Positions 29,501 to 40,182 of a stretch of 64,000 bases of DNA are shown here, piece by piece (positions within the stretch are counted from its first letter, which is position 1; every line of letters starts with the position of its first letter). The position numbers and the translations under genes are program-made. Source of the DNA: Ignavibacteriota bacterium (GTDB lineage Bacteria; Bacteroidota; Ignavibacteria; Palsa-1295). Location of the stretch: positions 32,001 through 96,000 of the forward strand of contig CAWBEI010000004.1 of assembly GCA_963787835.1 (NCBI GenBank), in the 5' to 3' direction. The notes below the pieces were generated by a model. It did not search any database, had not been told where the DNA came from, and was given only the letters and a program-made list of their open reading frames with translations.

Positions 29501-29962
29501 TTATTTATTGATCGGAATCTCCCGCTCGCGGGGTTTTTCCGGCTCGCGTTTTGGGATCTTGACTTCGAGCACGCCATCCGCGAAATTCGCTTCAACGGCA
29601 TCCTCGTTCAGGTTATCGGGCAATCCGAACTGCCGCACGAACTCCCCATGCGAACGCTCGATACGGTGGAAGTTCTCGGTCTTGGTCTCTTCCGAACGCT
29701 TTTTTTCGCCACGCAGGGTGAGCGTGCCTTCAGAGAGCGTGATCTTCACATCTTCCGCTTTCATTCCCGGAAGTTCGGCGCGAACGAGTACGTTCTCCTT
29801 CGATTCTGAAATATCGACGCGTGGCGTAAATGTTCCCAGCTCGACATGAACGCCGTTCTGCAAACCGTTCGTAACGGCGCCTTCGAAATCATTAAATAAT
29901 CTACGGAGCTTTTTCGAAGCGATCTCATAATCGCGCCTCGGCTCCCATCGGTAAACTGTCAT
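29501..29962 (-). CDS. Hsp20/alpha-crystallin small heat-shock protein
   Basis: PRVDISE, AELPGM, ERSHGEFVRQF, ANFADGVLEVKIPK. Confidence 0.96.
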   Translation of the reverse strand: MTVYRWEPRRDYEIASKKLRRLFNDFEGAVTNGLQNGVHVELGTFTPRVDISESKENVLVRAELPGMKAEDVKITLSEGTLTLRGEKKRSEETKTENFHRIERSHGEFVRQFGLPDNLNEDAVEANFADGVLEVKIPKREPEKPREREIPINK

Positions 29963-30139
29963 AGTATTGTTCTCCTTAAAAATGGTTAAAAATTGAATTC
30001 GAGAGTTAGCATTAGGAAGGAGTGTGCCAATCGATTAAATTGGCGAAAATAGCGAAATTTGAAGGATGAATAATTGGATTGTGTGACAAAATGACAGCAA
30101 TGTCTGCATCAGATCAATATTCTTGGCCAAAAATGGAGC

Positions 30140-30550
30140 TCAGGATAAACTCCTGAGTGCCTGGTCGAGCGATTGTGTTAGGTTAGATGCTGACTTACGA
30201 AGCTTTGTATCTTCTGTAATCAGAAGTTTTCCGGAAGCCTTTGCGACGGCGAGGAAGCGTGCGTCATAAGCGGTTACTCGATACTGCATCGCAATTTCGA
30301 GAGAATAAGAGCGTGGAACAGATACGATGTTTGGAGCGAGTTCGATTTCGGCCAGCGTGAGATACTCCAGAGCTTTATCGCGAGTAACGAGTCCTGTGCG
30401 CCAATACGTGGCAAGAACATTCGTAAATTCGATCAATGCAAATGGCTCGGTTACCCAAACAGGATCGAGCATGCGAAGGCGTGTTGCGTCCGCGGTGCGC
30501 TCACATTGAATGAAAAGAGGAAAAATGATATTGGTGTCAACAACGATCAT
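30140..30550 (-). CDS. VapC/PIN toxin
   Basis: IVVDTNI, EFTNVL, TAYDARF, LITED. Confidence 0.92.
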   Translation of the reverse strand: MIVVDTNIIFPLFIQCERTADATRLRMLDPVWVTEPFALIEFTNVLATYWRTGLVTRDKALEYLTLAEIELAPNIVSVPRSYSLEIAMQYRVTAYDARFLAVAKASGKLLITEDTKLRKSASNLTQSLDQALRSLS

Positions 30551-30580
30551 GCGACGAGCCCCGATTACGACAATTCCAGA

Positions 30581-30886
30581 CTATTCTCGCCCTTCGGCAA
30601 TCGCAACCTCAATATCCGCCGTTGTTGGAAGGAATCCACCACGCAATTTCAAAGGTTTTGGTAATTTTCTTCCCCAATGAATCGCAGCTTCTATCTCGTC
30701 AATCGTCAACGGCGCGCGCCCTTTAGGCTTTAATGGCTTCGGTACAACGATTCGACGCGACCGGTCGGGCCGCATTCCGCGCGCGATCACTTCCGATACG
30801 ACCTCTTTTAATTTTTTATGCTCATGCACAGCGAGAATTTTCATTTGCCGAACAAGAGGATCAGGTAATTCAACGGTCATTTTCAT
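30581..30886 (-). CDS. RHH-type antitoxin (VapB-like)
   Basis: MKMTVELPDPLVRQMKILA; internally duplicated PKPLK...TxxxIExAI segment. Confidence 0.8.
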   Translation of the reverse strand: MKMTVELPDPLVRQMKILAVHEHKKLKEVVSEVIARGMRPDRSRRIVVPKPLKPKGRAPLTIDEIEAAIHWGRKLPKPLKLRGGFLPTTADIEVAIAEGRE

Positions 30887-30984
30887 ACAATACTCCCATT
30901 TAACTGGTTAAATGGAAAACCAGCAATGACCAAATTATATTCCATTCCTTCCCGAATTAGATTTTTTGAATTCTCGCAATAGTT

Positions 30985-31936
30985 CTACTGCACCTTATCG
31001 AATTCTCCTGACAAACTTTCATTCCCTGCAACGATCCGATAGTGATACGACCCCGTGGGGAGCATGGAAATATCAATGGGTTGAATATGTACTCCGTTTG
31101 ATTGTACCTCATCCATTGCACGCTGTATCAATTGTCCCGCTTCATCGAAAAGCTCGATGGAGACGGCTTCCGTAGTGGGCAGCGAGTAATTAAATGTTAT
31201 GCTCTGAAATGCAGGATCGGGGAACGGCGGCTGTACGGAGAAGCCGGTTGGAGTCAGTTGTGCAACACCGGATGGGGTATTGCTGACATGCGCGATAAAC
31301 ATGGCGTTGGAGTACCAATAGAGCGAGCCATTAAGATCGGTAAAGTGAAGACCGGCGACATATAATTGTTGAGCGGCAGGGCCATACTCCCGGGCAGCGC
31401 ATGCTGTTATCGTCGAACGGGACAGGCGCATCGTAGGCTACGCTGTCGATGCCAATTCCGAATTCGATATCCGAGGAGTTCATATCGGTAATGGCAAGGA
31501 CAACGAAAAATGCGGTATCGACAAAAACATGGGGGACGTGAAGCCGCAGCCACACGCCATCACTGATCTCCGACACAGTGGGGTGATGCTCATACTGGTA
31601 CAAAATATTCGAGGTATCGGCAATAAGATACTCACCTGTCGAATCGTAAGTCGAGCCCATAACATAGACGACATAATTATTTTGGGGAACGTCAACAAAA
31701 TGGGGAAGACTATACGCGAGTTCGAGTGAATCGAGATAGGTAGTTCCGTATGGTGAAGTGAATCGCTCGGCAAGCCCGGCGAGGGGGGTGGTATCGGTGC
31801 CTTGGTAATGGAATCGAGGAAAATGCAGCAGCGGGTGCTGGCCCTCCTGCAGGAAATAGGATAGCGATTCCGTTTGCTGTCCATGCGAAGTGGAAGCGAA
31901 AAGAAGAAGCAAAATGACGAAACCAGTCTTTTTCAT
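30985..31936 (-). CDS. T9SS-secreted protein, frameshifted near 31397
   Basis: Signal peptide MKKTGFVILLLLF in one frame; CTD (PFPDPA...GSYHYRI) in the 30985 frame. Confidence 0.75.
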
Positions 31937-31958
31937 AGAGCACAAAAATACAAAAGTT

Positions 31959-32813
31959 TTAAGCTTTCTTACGAATTTTTTTGTAATTTACCGGTCGCTT
32001 TTCCGTGAATGCGCTGATGCCCTCCGTTACTTCTGGCGAAAGATTGTGGATCGAAAGCCAGTCGCGTGCGTGGCCGATCGTCATGTGCCAGGAAAAATCC
32101 TTCCAGAAGTTGAGATTTTGCTTGGTATAACGCAGGCATTCCGGTAACTTATTGTAAAGTTTTTCGCACAGCCGTGCAACAGCACGGTCGAGGTCTTCTT
32201 TCGGCACCACTTCGTTGACAAGTCCCCATTGCAGCGCTTTTTCGGCGGGAATATCCTCGCAAAGGAAAAGAATTTCCCGCGCGCGGCGTTCGCCGACCAT
32301 GAGCGGCAGCCATTGAGTTGCGCCTGCAGCCGCTACGCTGCCGCGCGCGGCGCCCACTTGTTTGATAATAATGTGATCTGCTGCAATGGCGAGATCGCAG
32401 GACAAATTAATTTCATTCCCGCCGCCAACGACCATGCCATTCAGCCTTGCAACGGTCGGTTTGCCCATATTTCGCAAGCGCTCGTGCAACTCGATGAACA
32501 CACGCATCCATTTATAGTAATCGTCCGGATTGCCCAGGAAGAATTCCTCCTGCTCACCGAGATCGGCTCCTGTTGAGAATGCAACGTCGCCTGCACCCGT
32601 GATGACGAGGACGGCAATATCATCATCCCATGCGGCATCTTCGATCGCGATCAGCATCTCGCGCATCGTGGTGAGATTCAGGCAATTCAATACTTCGGGG
32701 CGATTGATCGTCAGCGTGGCAACGTAATCGTTCTTCTCATAAAGAATATGAGAGAACTCCAGCGTTCGCTTTTCCTGATAGGGACTAAGTTCCGGTGATG
32801 ATTTTTTTGCCAT
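31959..32813 (-). CDS. Enoyl-CoA hydratase/crotonase family (Oah/MenB-like)
   Basis: INRPEVLN, AFSTGAD, NGMVVGGGNE, ALQWGLVN. Confidence 0.9.
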   Translation of the reverse strand: MAKKSSPELSPYQEKRTLEFSHILYEKNDYVATLTINRPEVLNCLNLTTMREMLIAIEDAAWDDDIAVLVITGAGDVAFSTGADLGEQEEFFLGNPDDYYKWMRVFIELHERLRNMGKPTVARLNGMVVGGGNEINLSCDLAIAADHIIIKQVGAARGSVAAAGATQWLPLMVGERRAREILFLCEDIPAEKALQWGLVNEVVPKEDLDRAVARLCEKLYNKLPECLRYTKQNLNFWKDFSWHMTIGHARDWLSIHNLSPEVTEGISAFTEKRPVNYKKIRKKA

Positions 32814-32815
32814 GA

Positions 32816-33175
32816 TCAGTCCTTTGATTCTTTAGATGTCCAGCCGTTGCCGATCCAGGGTGTTTCTACTTTCGCGGTTACCATTGAAACAAGCGGGCCT
32901 GCGAAAGACATTAGATCCTTGGCCCCTGCCACGCCTCCCGGCGATTTCATCCCAGCCTTCAATGCATCGGCATCAAGGAAATACATGGTGCATATAATAT
33001 GCGGTGCCGCAGAAAGCGTCTCGTTTGCAGGCGTCAGCATCTTTTCGACCCACGCTACTTCCATCTTCAGCAAACCATCCATTTGTTGAATGAGCGGTGT
33101 GTGAACCTCGCGATAGTGTTTATCGAATTCTTCTTTATTTTCCGGAGCTCGAAAGATTGCGGTCAGAGTATACAT
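32816..33175 (-). CDS. EthD family protein
   Basis: FDKHYREVHTPL...DLMSFA. Confidence 0.85.
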   Translation of the reverse strand: MYTLTAIFRAPENKEEFDKHYREVHTPLIQQMDGLLKMEVAWVEKMLTPANETLSAAPHIICTMYFLDADALKAGMKSPGGVAGAKDLMSFAGPLVSMVTAKVETPWIGNGWTSKESKD

Positions 33176-33245
33176 TGTATTCTTGATCATTAAGTCTGCA
33201 AAATTACGTAAAGAATTTAGAAAAGACAATAAACACGATCAATCC

Positions 33246-33827
33246 TCAAATCATCGAAAGAAAATATTTATGCACACGGGCATCATTCACGACCTCTGGA
33301 TGAAAAACTGTTGCGAGCAAATTCTTCTCCCTTGCCATTACAATGCCTTGCTCTAATTTCCCAAGAACCTCGACCTCACTACCAACTTGTGTGATGAGAG
33401 GGGCACGTATAAACACTCCGGGAAAAGTTGATTCTCCTAATACCGGGATTGGAATGGGAATTTCCGAACTGAAGCGTTGCGGGCCAAAGGCATTGCGTAG
33501 AACGGTAATATCCATCAATCCCAATCGGCCTTGCGTAGAGCCTTCGATATTTTTTGCAAGCAGGATCGATCCCATGCACGTGCCCCAGATAGGAAGGCCA
33601 TTGTTGGAAAGCTCTCGAATCTTTTCGAAGATGCCGTGAGCTGCAACAGATTTTTCTACGATAGCAACCGCTGTTGATTCGCCGCCGGGAATGATAAGCG
33701 CATCAATGCTATCCAGATCGGAAACATGGCGAACATCTGTCGTGCTCGCGCCGATCGATCGAAGTTTTTCGATGTGCTCGCGAAAATCTCCCTGCAATCC
33801 GAGAACGCCAATTGTCTTAGAGGCCAC
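33246..33827 (-). CDS. pdxT: PLP synthase glutaminase subunit
   Basis: [34 protein letters not shown]. Confidence 0.96.
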   Translation of the reverse strand: MASKTIGVLGLQGDFREHIEKLRSIGASTTDVRHVSDLDSIDALIIPGGESTAVAIVEKSVAAHGIFEKIRELSNNGLPIWGTCMGSILLAKNIEGSTQGRLGLMDITVLRNAFGPQRFSSEIPIPIPVLGESTFPGVFIRAPLITQVGSEVEVLGKLEQGIVMAREKNLLATVFHPEVVNDARVHKYFLSMI

Positions 33828-34749
33828 GGACCGCAAGTAATTCCTTTTCTGCAAGCGAGGATACCGTTCTTCCTACCATTGGTTCGCCAAGCCCGCGGCT
33901 TACTTCAGCAAGGACATCGGGATCATTGAAATAAGTGGTAGCTTTTACGATCGCGGCAGCGCGTTTTGCAGGGTCGCCGGATTTAAAAATGCCGGAACCT
34001 ACGAACACCCCGTCAACACCAAGCTGCATGAGCAGTGCAGCATCGGCGGGGGTTGCAAGTCCACCGGCTGCGAAATTCACAACGGGAAGTTTTCCGGTAT
34101 CCGCAACTTCATTGACAAGATCGAGTGGCGCGGCGAGATTTTTCGCGTAGGAATATCGCTCTTCTGTGGAAAGTGAAGTAAGTCTGCGAATTTCTCCGAA
34201 GATAGAACGTGCGTGTCGCACGGCTTCGACCACATCACCGGTTCCCGCTTCGCCTTTGGTGCGGATCATTGCGGCGCCTTCGGCAATTCGGCGTAATGCT
34301 TCGCCAAGATTGCGCGCACCGCATACGAAGGGAATCTCAAATTTTGTTTTGTCGATGTGATTTTCTTCATCGGCCATTGTGAGCACTTCACTTTCGTCAA
34401 TGCAATCGACTCCGAGCGATTGCAATATTTGCGCTTCTACGAAATGACCAATGCGCGCTTTTGCCATCACGGGGATGGAAACGGCCTCGATGATCTGCAG
34501 AATAAGTTCTGGATCGGACATGCGCGCAACGCCGCCATCTGCGCGGATGTCAGCAGGAACGCGCTCTAAAGCCATTACGGCAACAGCGCCGGCATCTTCC
34601 GCGATCTTTGCTTGCTCGGCGTTTACGACGTCCATAATAACGCCGCCTTTCAGCATTTGCGGGAATGCGCGCTTGACAAGCTCGGTGCCTCGTTTTGGTT
34701 CTGTGCCATTCTTGGAATGGCCGTTTGTTGATGGAGTATTTTTCGACAT
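33817..34749 (-). CDS. pdxS: PLP synthase lyase subunit
   Basis: [35 protein letters not shown]. Confidence 0.98.
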   Translation of the reverse strand: MSKNTPSTNGHSKNGTEPKRGTELVKRAFPQMLKGGVIMDVVNAEQAKIAEDAGAVAVMALERVPADIRADGGVARMSDPELILQIIEAVSIPVMAKARIGHFVEAQILQSLGVDCIDESEVLTMADEENHIDKTKFEIPFVCGARNLGEALRRIAEGAAMIRTKGEAGTGDVVEAVRHARSIFGEIRRLTSLSTEERYSYAKNLAAPLDLVNEVADTGKLPVVNFAAGGLATPADAALLMQLGVDGVFVGSGIFKSGDPAKRAAAIVKATTYFNDPDVLAEVSRGLGEPMVGRTVSSLAEKELLAVRGL

Positions 34750-34810
34750 GGAAAGTGGCTAACAAAAACACACTGCTTTAAGTGCAGTAAACCCGCCTGC
34801 ACGGACATTC

Positions 34811-35797
34811 TCAGCGAATGTTTCGGTTGGCAACCCCTGCGAGAAATCCCGCGACCATTCTTGCGGCTAACCGTGCGGTGCGGCCATCGACATCATGGGG
34901 CGGACTAACTTCCACAATATCGAACATGCGAACATTTTTCGAAAGCCCGGCGGCTACGGAAAGTTCGTACGCCTCTTCGGCAAGGAATCCAATTGGAGCA
35001 GGTGCGCTTACACCGGGCGCATCGGAGGCGCGTACACAGTCCATATCGAAGGAAAGATAGGTCGGGAAATCCGAGTCGCCATGCGTGATGGCAAACTCGC
35101 ATTCTTCGAATGCATTGGGAAGATGGGCAGTGGTGGCATCTTCGAACGTGAGTATGCGTGCGCCTTGCTGAATCACCCAATCGAAATGTTTTTCCGATGC
35201 GGCAAAAGATTGAATCCCGATCTCGGCAAAATGCTGACCCTTAATAATTCCCTCTTCAAGCAACAACCGAAAACTGCTGCCAGAATGATGCTTCCCATCT
35301 TTTTTCTTGCGCACATCGAGATGCGCATCTATATTGATGAGCCCGATCTCCGTAGGGGCGTGCTGCGCACGTCCGAACCCTTGCACTAAAGGATAGGTCA
35401 CGTCATGTCCGCCGCCGAGCGCGATGACAATTTTTCCCGCCGCGATCAGTTCTTGTGTCACTTGTGAAGCGGATTCATGCATGTCGTCGAGGTAGCCCTG
35501 GTTAATATCTCCAAGATCGACAATGTGCAGATCATTCAAATGTTTATTGAAATGAGGCCCGGCGTAAGGAGTCAGTTTGCCAAACCATTGCCGAATGGCA
35601 TTAGGCGCTTCGCTTGCGCCGAGGCGTCCTCCGTTGCGACGAATACCTTCGTTCGTAGGTACGCCGAAAAGAACAACGTCCGCTTCTGCGATGGTAGATT
35701 CCGTTGGAGCTTGAATAATAGACGCCAGACGCGGATCGTCCGAAGCAGAATTAACGGCAGGATATTGGGGTGGGGTAAAGAGGGTAGTATCGATCAC
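34811..35797 (-). CDS. hutG: Formimidoylglutamase (arginase family)
   Basis: RNGGRLGA, GGGHD, DAHLD, SFDMD, PGVSAP. Confidence 0.88.
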   Translation of the reverse strand: MIDTTLFTPPQYPAVNSASDDPRLASIIQAPTESTIAEADVVLFGVPTNEGIRRNGGRLGASEAPNAIRQWFGKLTPYAGPHFNKHLNDLHIVDLGDINQGYLDDMHESASQVTQELIAAGKIVIALGGGHDVTYPLVQGFGRAQHAPTEIGLINIDAHLDVRKKKDGKHHSGSSFRLLLEEGIIKGQHFAEIGIQSFAASEKHFDWVIQQGARILTFEDATTAHLPNAFEECEFAITHGDSDFPTYLSFDMDCVRASDAPGVSAPAPIGFLAEEAYELSVAAGLSKNVRMFDIVEVSPPHDVDGRTARLAARMVAGFLAGVANRNIR

Positions 35798-35872
35798 GAA
35801 CCCATAACAGTAGGCGCGAGCATTAGGTCACGGGAAATTTACACAACTTGACGTGAGAGTCACGGCAACAGG

Positions 35873-37114
35873 TTATCGGGCAAGAACCATCGGTACCTGC
35901 TGCATACTGCCATTCATGTGAATAACGCAGTAATACGTCCCCGGCGGCATATCCATCGCATCCCAAACGAACGAATGCTCGCCTGAATCCAACTCGCCAT
36001 CGAGAAGCTTTGCTATTTGGTGGCCGAGGAGGTTTAAAATGGTGATTTGCGATGTGCCGTTCCCTGTGGATGAGAAATTGATTGTTGTGGATTGAGAGAA
36101 GGGGTTTGGGAACGACTTTGGTAGGCTTTCCATGGTCTGATTATTTTCGGACACGGTTGATTGGTTGAGATCAGAAAGTGGGCGGCGCCAAACACCGCTG
36201 CCGTTCGTCCCTGCAACCATATATCCACCACTTATGGTAAGAGCTAGGACACCTAAATTCGTAAGTCCAGAATTATACGGAATCCAGTTTGCTCCGTTAT
36301 CTTTGGAAAGAAAGATGCCGTAGCTAGTTACAGCAAAAAGATTCGTTCCATATAGTGTGATCGCGAGGATGCCAGTGTCAACCAGACCCCTTGCAGTCCA
36401 GTTTAAGCCGCCGTTGGTTGACATGAAAACACCACACGGGGCTGTTCTGCCATCGCCAACACTTCCTGCATAGAGAATTGTATCTTCTACAGCGAGCGCA
36501 TCAAATTTATCACCACCTAAACCCGCACTTATGCTTTGCCAGCTTGCACCGGTATCGTAAGAGAGATAAACTACTCCAGTGCCAGCAGAGCTGCCTGCAT
36601 AGATAACACCGCCAAGTGTTGTAAATGAGTAAACGGTATTTCCGTCTATGCCACTATTAGCAGAAATCCAACTTGATCCATTATTGGTTGAACGCAGAAC
36701 GCCGCCATCACTGGAACAAAATATTATTGTATCTATCGTTGCAAAAGCATAGACATAGGGGTTTCCCACGCCGCTGTCTGCCGGAGACCAGTTCTTTCCA
36801 GCGTCCATGGATCGAAAAACACCATATTCACCCCCGCCAGCAAAAAGAGTTGTATCAAATTGCGCAAGGCAGGTTATCCCAAAATCTGAGGGTAACCCAG
36901 TATTTGCCGGAGTCCAATGGATACCATTCTCTTTTGAGAAGATTATTCCGCCGGGAAAGCCGCAAAACAGGCCCGTTGGTGTGTTCAAAAAACAGTCGTA
37001 TTCGCCATCAACAAGTGCGCTATCTTGCACCCATTGCCCAAAAGCACACGATGCGGCACACGATACAGCGAAGATTGCTATAACTGCAGAAGTGATGAAA
37101 TTTGATTTGGTCAT
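35873..37114 (-). CDS. T9SS-secreted beta-propeller/BNR-repeat protein
   Basis: Repeated GVFxSxxxGxxW units; CTD FPNPF...GTYYCVI. Confidence 0.85.
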   Translation of the reverse strand: MTKSNFITSAVIAIFAVSCAASCAFGQWVQDSALVDGEYDCFLNTPTGLFCGFPGGIIFSKENGIHWTPANTGLPSDFGITCLAQFDTTLFAGGGEYGVFRSMDAGKNWSPADSGVGNPYVYAFATIDTIIFCSSDGGVLRSTNNGSSWISANSGIDGNTVYSFTTLGGVIYAGSSAGTGVVYLSYDTGASWQSISAGLGGDKFDALAVEDTILYAGSVGDGRTAPCGVFMSTNGGLNWTARGLVDTGILAITLYGTNLFAVTSYGIFLSKDNGANWIPYNSGLTNLGVLALTISGGYMVAGTNGSGVWRRPLSDLNQSTVSENNQTMESLPKSFPNPFSQSTTINFSSTGNGTSQITILNLLGHQIAKLLDGELDSGEHSFVWDAMDMPPGTYYCVIHMNGSMQQVPMVLAR

Positions 37115-37171
37115 GAGATTAGCGAAATAGCTTCGCTAAGAAATATCTCTCCTCTCTCAATTTGTTACACC

Positions 37172-38428
37172 CTATTCATACCTCAACGCCTCGATGGGGT
37201 TGAGCCGGGCGGCTTTGCGGGCGGGGTACCAGCCGAAGAAAATTCCGACCATGGACGCGGCAGCAAAGGATATTCCGACTGCGCTGGGAGAGATCAACAG
37301 GATCCAGCCATTCGCCTTTGATACGAAGGATGAAGCGATGTAGCCAAGGATCACTCCGATGATTCCGCCGACCAAGCTTAATGTGATGGCTTCGGTCAGG
37401 AATTGGAACATGATATTGGTTTGCTTGGCGCCGATGGACTTGCGAATGCCGATCTCACGCGTGCGTTCGTTTACACTAACAAGCATGATGTTCATGATCC
37501 CGATTCCACCGACCAAAAGCGAAATGACGGCAGCCGCCTGGAGAAGGTTGGTCATCGTTGCCGTGCTTTGCTCGGCCGCTTGCGCGATCTCGACCTGGGA
37601 ACGGATCTGAAAATCATTGTCGTCGGAAGGCACCAGTTTGTGCTGTTGGCGGAGAATATCGGTCACGTCTTGCGTGGCCGGATTCGTTGCTTCAGGTGAT
37701 ATCGCACTTGCCAGAATAAAATTGATCCATGTGATCCCCATCAACTTTTTTTGGACGGTGGCGAGTGGAGCAATAATAATATCGTCAAGATCCTGGCCGT
37801 ACGAATTTGAGCCTTGCTCCTGCAAGAGGCCGATCACATTGAATGGTTCTTGCTTGATACGCACGCTTTGGCCTACCGGATCGACTCCCTCGCCAAACAA
37901 ATTGGTAGCAACGGTCTTTCCGAGGATACAAACCTTCGTTCCTATTTGCGCATCTGCATCAGTAAAGTTACTGCCGCTTACAATGGACCAGTTGCGAACA
38001 AGAAGATATTCGGGGTATGAGCCAGTGATGCGCGTCGCCCAGTTCTGATTTCCTGCGATAGCCTGCACACCAGTTGCAACTCCGGGTGCTACATACATCA
38101 GCCAGGTTGATTTTCGGAGGGCATTCGCATCATTTTCGGTCAGATGGACACTCCCCCCCGTTCCCGAGGAGATGCCTCCTAAGTTCGTTGCTCCGGGAGA
38201 AATGAGCAAGACGTTCGTTCCCATCGCATTGATCTGACTGGCGACAGCTTGTGCGGCACCCTGACCGATTGCCGTCATGGTAATGACGGCTCCCACGCCG
38301 ATGATAATTCCCAGCATCGTCAATATGGCCCGCACCTTGTTGCTGGCGAGAGACTGAAGCGCCATTATGACGCTATTAGTAAATTGAGTGACCAACGATG
38401 CGTCTGTTCTTTGAATCCGGAAAATCAT
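37172..38428 (-). CDS. MacB-like ABC transporter permease (paralogue 2)
   Basis: LTMLGIIIGVGAVI, VGGIGIMNIMLVSV.ERTREIG, NPIEALRYE. Confidence 0.95.
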   Translation of the reverse strand: MIFRIQRTDASLVTQFTNSVIMALQSLASNKVRAILTMLGIIIGVGAVITMTAIGQGAAQAVASQINAMGTNVLLISPGATNLGGISSGTGGSVHLTENDANALRKSTWLMYVAPGVATGVQAIAGNQNWATRITGSYPEYLLVRNWSIVSGSNFTDADAQIGTKVCILGKTVATNLFGEGVDPVGQSVRIKQEPFNVIGLLQEQGSNSYGQDLDDIIIAPLATVQKKLMGITWINFILASAISPEATNPATQDVTDILRQQHKLVPSDDNDFQIRSQVEIAQAAEQSTATMTNLLQAAAVISLLVGGIGIMNIMLVSVNERTREIGIRKSIGAKQTNIMFQFLTEAITLSLVGGIIGVILGYIASSFVSKANGWILLISPSAVGISFAAASMVGIFFGWYPARKAARLNPIEALRYE

Positions 38429-38483
38429 TCATACCTCAACGCCTCGATCGGGTTTAGCCGGGTGGCATTGTGGGCTGGGTACC
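38425..38483 (-). repeat. Degenerate duplicate of the permease 3' end
   Basis: Translates YPAHNATRLNPIEALRYE* versus YPARKAARLNPIEALRYE* at 38935-38993. Confidence 0.88.
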
Positions 38484-38487
38484 CGCT

Positions 38488-38703
38488 TTATGCTGCGATG
38501 CGAGCGTACCGTGCAAACGTATGCGGCCTCGGAATATCATAGCCCTCGGCAGACATCACTTCAAGATGCGATGAAAGTGCTTCTTTCATCAGCGATTCCG
38601 TTTCTTCGAGCGTTTCTGCGGCAGCGGCGCAACCATCTACATCCGGCGAGTAGGCGGAAAATCCCGTTTCCGTTTTTTCAATGACGATTAGATATTCACT
38701 CAT
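38488..38703 (-). CDS. hicB: HicB family antitoxin
   Basis: YLIVIEK...FSAYSPDVDGC...ETLEE. Confidence 0.92.
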   Translation of the reverse strand: MSEYLIVIEKTETGFSAYSPDVDGCAAAAETLEETESLMKEALSSHLEVMSAEGYDIPRPHTFARYARIAA

Positions 38704-38888
38704 TTATTAAGTCCTGCTTGTTTGAAAATACTTCGTAGTGTTCCTTCTGCCATATCGACGGATGGTTTACCAGCGATGGTCACGATGCCTTTCTTAACAG
38801 GATGTTTGAAGTGCATGTGGCTTCCGCGTGTTCGAATATGGATCCAACCATCGGCTTCTACCATGCGTATCACATCGCGAACTTTCAT
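38700..38888 (-). CDS. hicA: HicA family toxin
   Basis: DGW...RGSHMHFKHP...GTLRSIFKQAGL. Confidence 0.94.
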   Translation of the reverse strand: MKVRDVIRMVEADGWIHIRTRGSHMHFKHPVKKGIVTIAGKPSVDMAEGTLRSIFKQAGLNK

Positions 38889-38934
38889 TTATTACGAACC
38901 ATAAAAGCATCAGAATCATCACAGGTTCCGAATG

Positions 38935-40158
38935 CTATTCATACCTCAACGCCTCGATGGGGTTGAGCCGGGCGGCTTTGCGGGCTGGATACCAGCCGAA
39001 GAAAATTCCGACCATAGATGCGGCAGCAAAGGATATTCCCACCGCGCTGGGAGAGATCAAAAGTATCCAGCCATTAGCACTCGATACGAAGGAGGAAGCA
39101 ATGTAGCCAAGAATAACCCCGATAATGCCGCCGACTAAACTTAACGTGATGGCTTCGGTCAGGAATTGGAACATGATATTTGCTTGCTTTGCACCGATAG
39201 ACTTACGAATGCCGATCTCTCGCGTGCGCTCCGTTACACTAACAAGCATGATGTTCATGATCCCGATCCCGCCGACAAGCAGGGAGATGACCGCAGCAGC
39301 CTGGAGAAGATTGGTCATTGTTGCAGTGCTTTGCTCGGCCGCTTGCGCGATCTCGACCTGGGAACGGATCTGAAAATCATTGTCGTCGGAGGGCACCAAC
39401 TTATGCTGCTGGCGCAGAATGTCGGTTATATCTTGCGTGGCTGGATTCGTTGCTTCCGCAGTGATGGAACTTGCCATGATATTTTGGACCCATGTAATAC
39501 CCATGAGCTTATGCTGCACGGTGGCAAACGGAGCGACGATAAGATCGTCCTGATCCTGACCGTAGGAGTTCGATCCTTTCTCCTGCAATAGGCCGATCAC
39601 GTTAAACGGCTCTTGCTTGATGCGCACACTTTGACCCACCGGATCGACACCCTCGCCAAAGAGATTCGTAGCAACAGTCTTGCCAAGCAAGCACACTTTC
39701 GTTCCGCTTCTCGCGTCTGCATCGGTGAAATTGCTACCACTGACGATCGGCCAATTCCGAACCAGCAGATAATCCGGTGTGGATCCATAGATGCGCGTGG
39801 CCCAGTTCGCATTGCCGGAAATAGCCTGTGCGCCCGTTGAGACTACGGGTGCAACATAACTTAACCATGTCGATTTTTTGAGGGCATTTGCATCGCTTTC
39901 TGTTAAGTGTACGCTTCCACCCGCACCGGATGAAATTCCTCCCAAATTCGTAGCGCCCGGAAAAATGAGGAGCACGTTGGTTCCCATCGCGTTGATCTGG
40001 CTGGCAACCGCTTGCGAAGCGCCCTGGCCGATAGCCGTCATCGTAATGACGGCCCCCACGCCAATGATGATGCCGAGCATGGTCAATACTGCCCGTACCT
40101 TGTTGCTGGCGAGCGATTGAAACGCCATAATGACGCTATTCGAGAGTTGAGTAAGCAT
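38935..40158 (-). CDS. MacB-like ABC transporter permease (paralogue 1)
   Basis: Same motifs as 37172..38428 and highly similar to it. Confidence 0.95.
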   Translation of the reverse strand: MLTQLSNSVIMAFQSLASNKVRAVLTMLGIIIGVGAVITMTAIGQGASQAVASQINAMGTNVLLIFPGATNLGGISSGAGGSVHLTESDANALKKSTWLSYVAPVVSTGAQAISGNANWATRIYGSTPDYLLVRNWPIVSGSNFTDADARSGTKVCLLGKTVATNLFGEGVDPVGQSVRIKQEPFNVIGLLQEKGSNSYGQDQDDLIVAPFATVQHKLMGITWVQNIMASSITAEATNPATQDITDILRQQHKLVPSDDNDFQIRSQVEIAQAAEQSTATMTNLLQAAAVISLLVGGIGIMNIMLVSVTERTREIGIRKSIGAKQANIMFQFLTEAITLSLVGGIIGVILGYIASSFVSSANGWILLISPSAVGISFAAASMVGIFFGWYPARKAARLNPIEALRYE

Positions 40159-40182
40159 ACAAATTTGGATCTTTCTAAGAAA

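Noticed and set aside
30006-30030. CIRCE-like TTAGCA...TGCCAA upstream of hsp20
   Set aside because: The arms are 2 bp too close for TTAGCACTC-N9-GAGTGCTAA and the inner bases mismatch.
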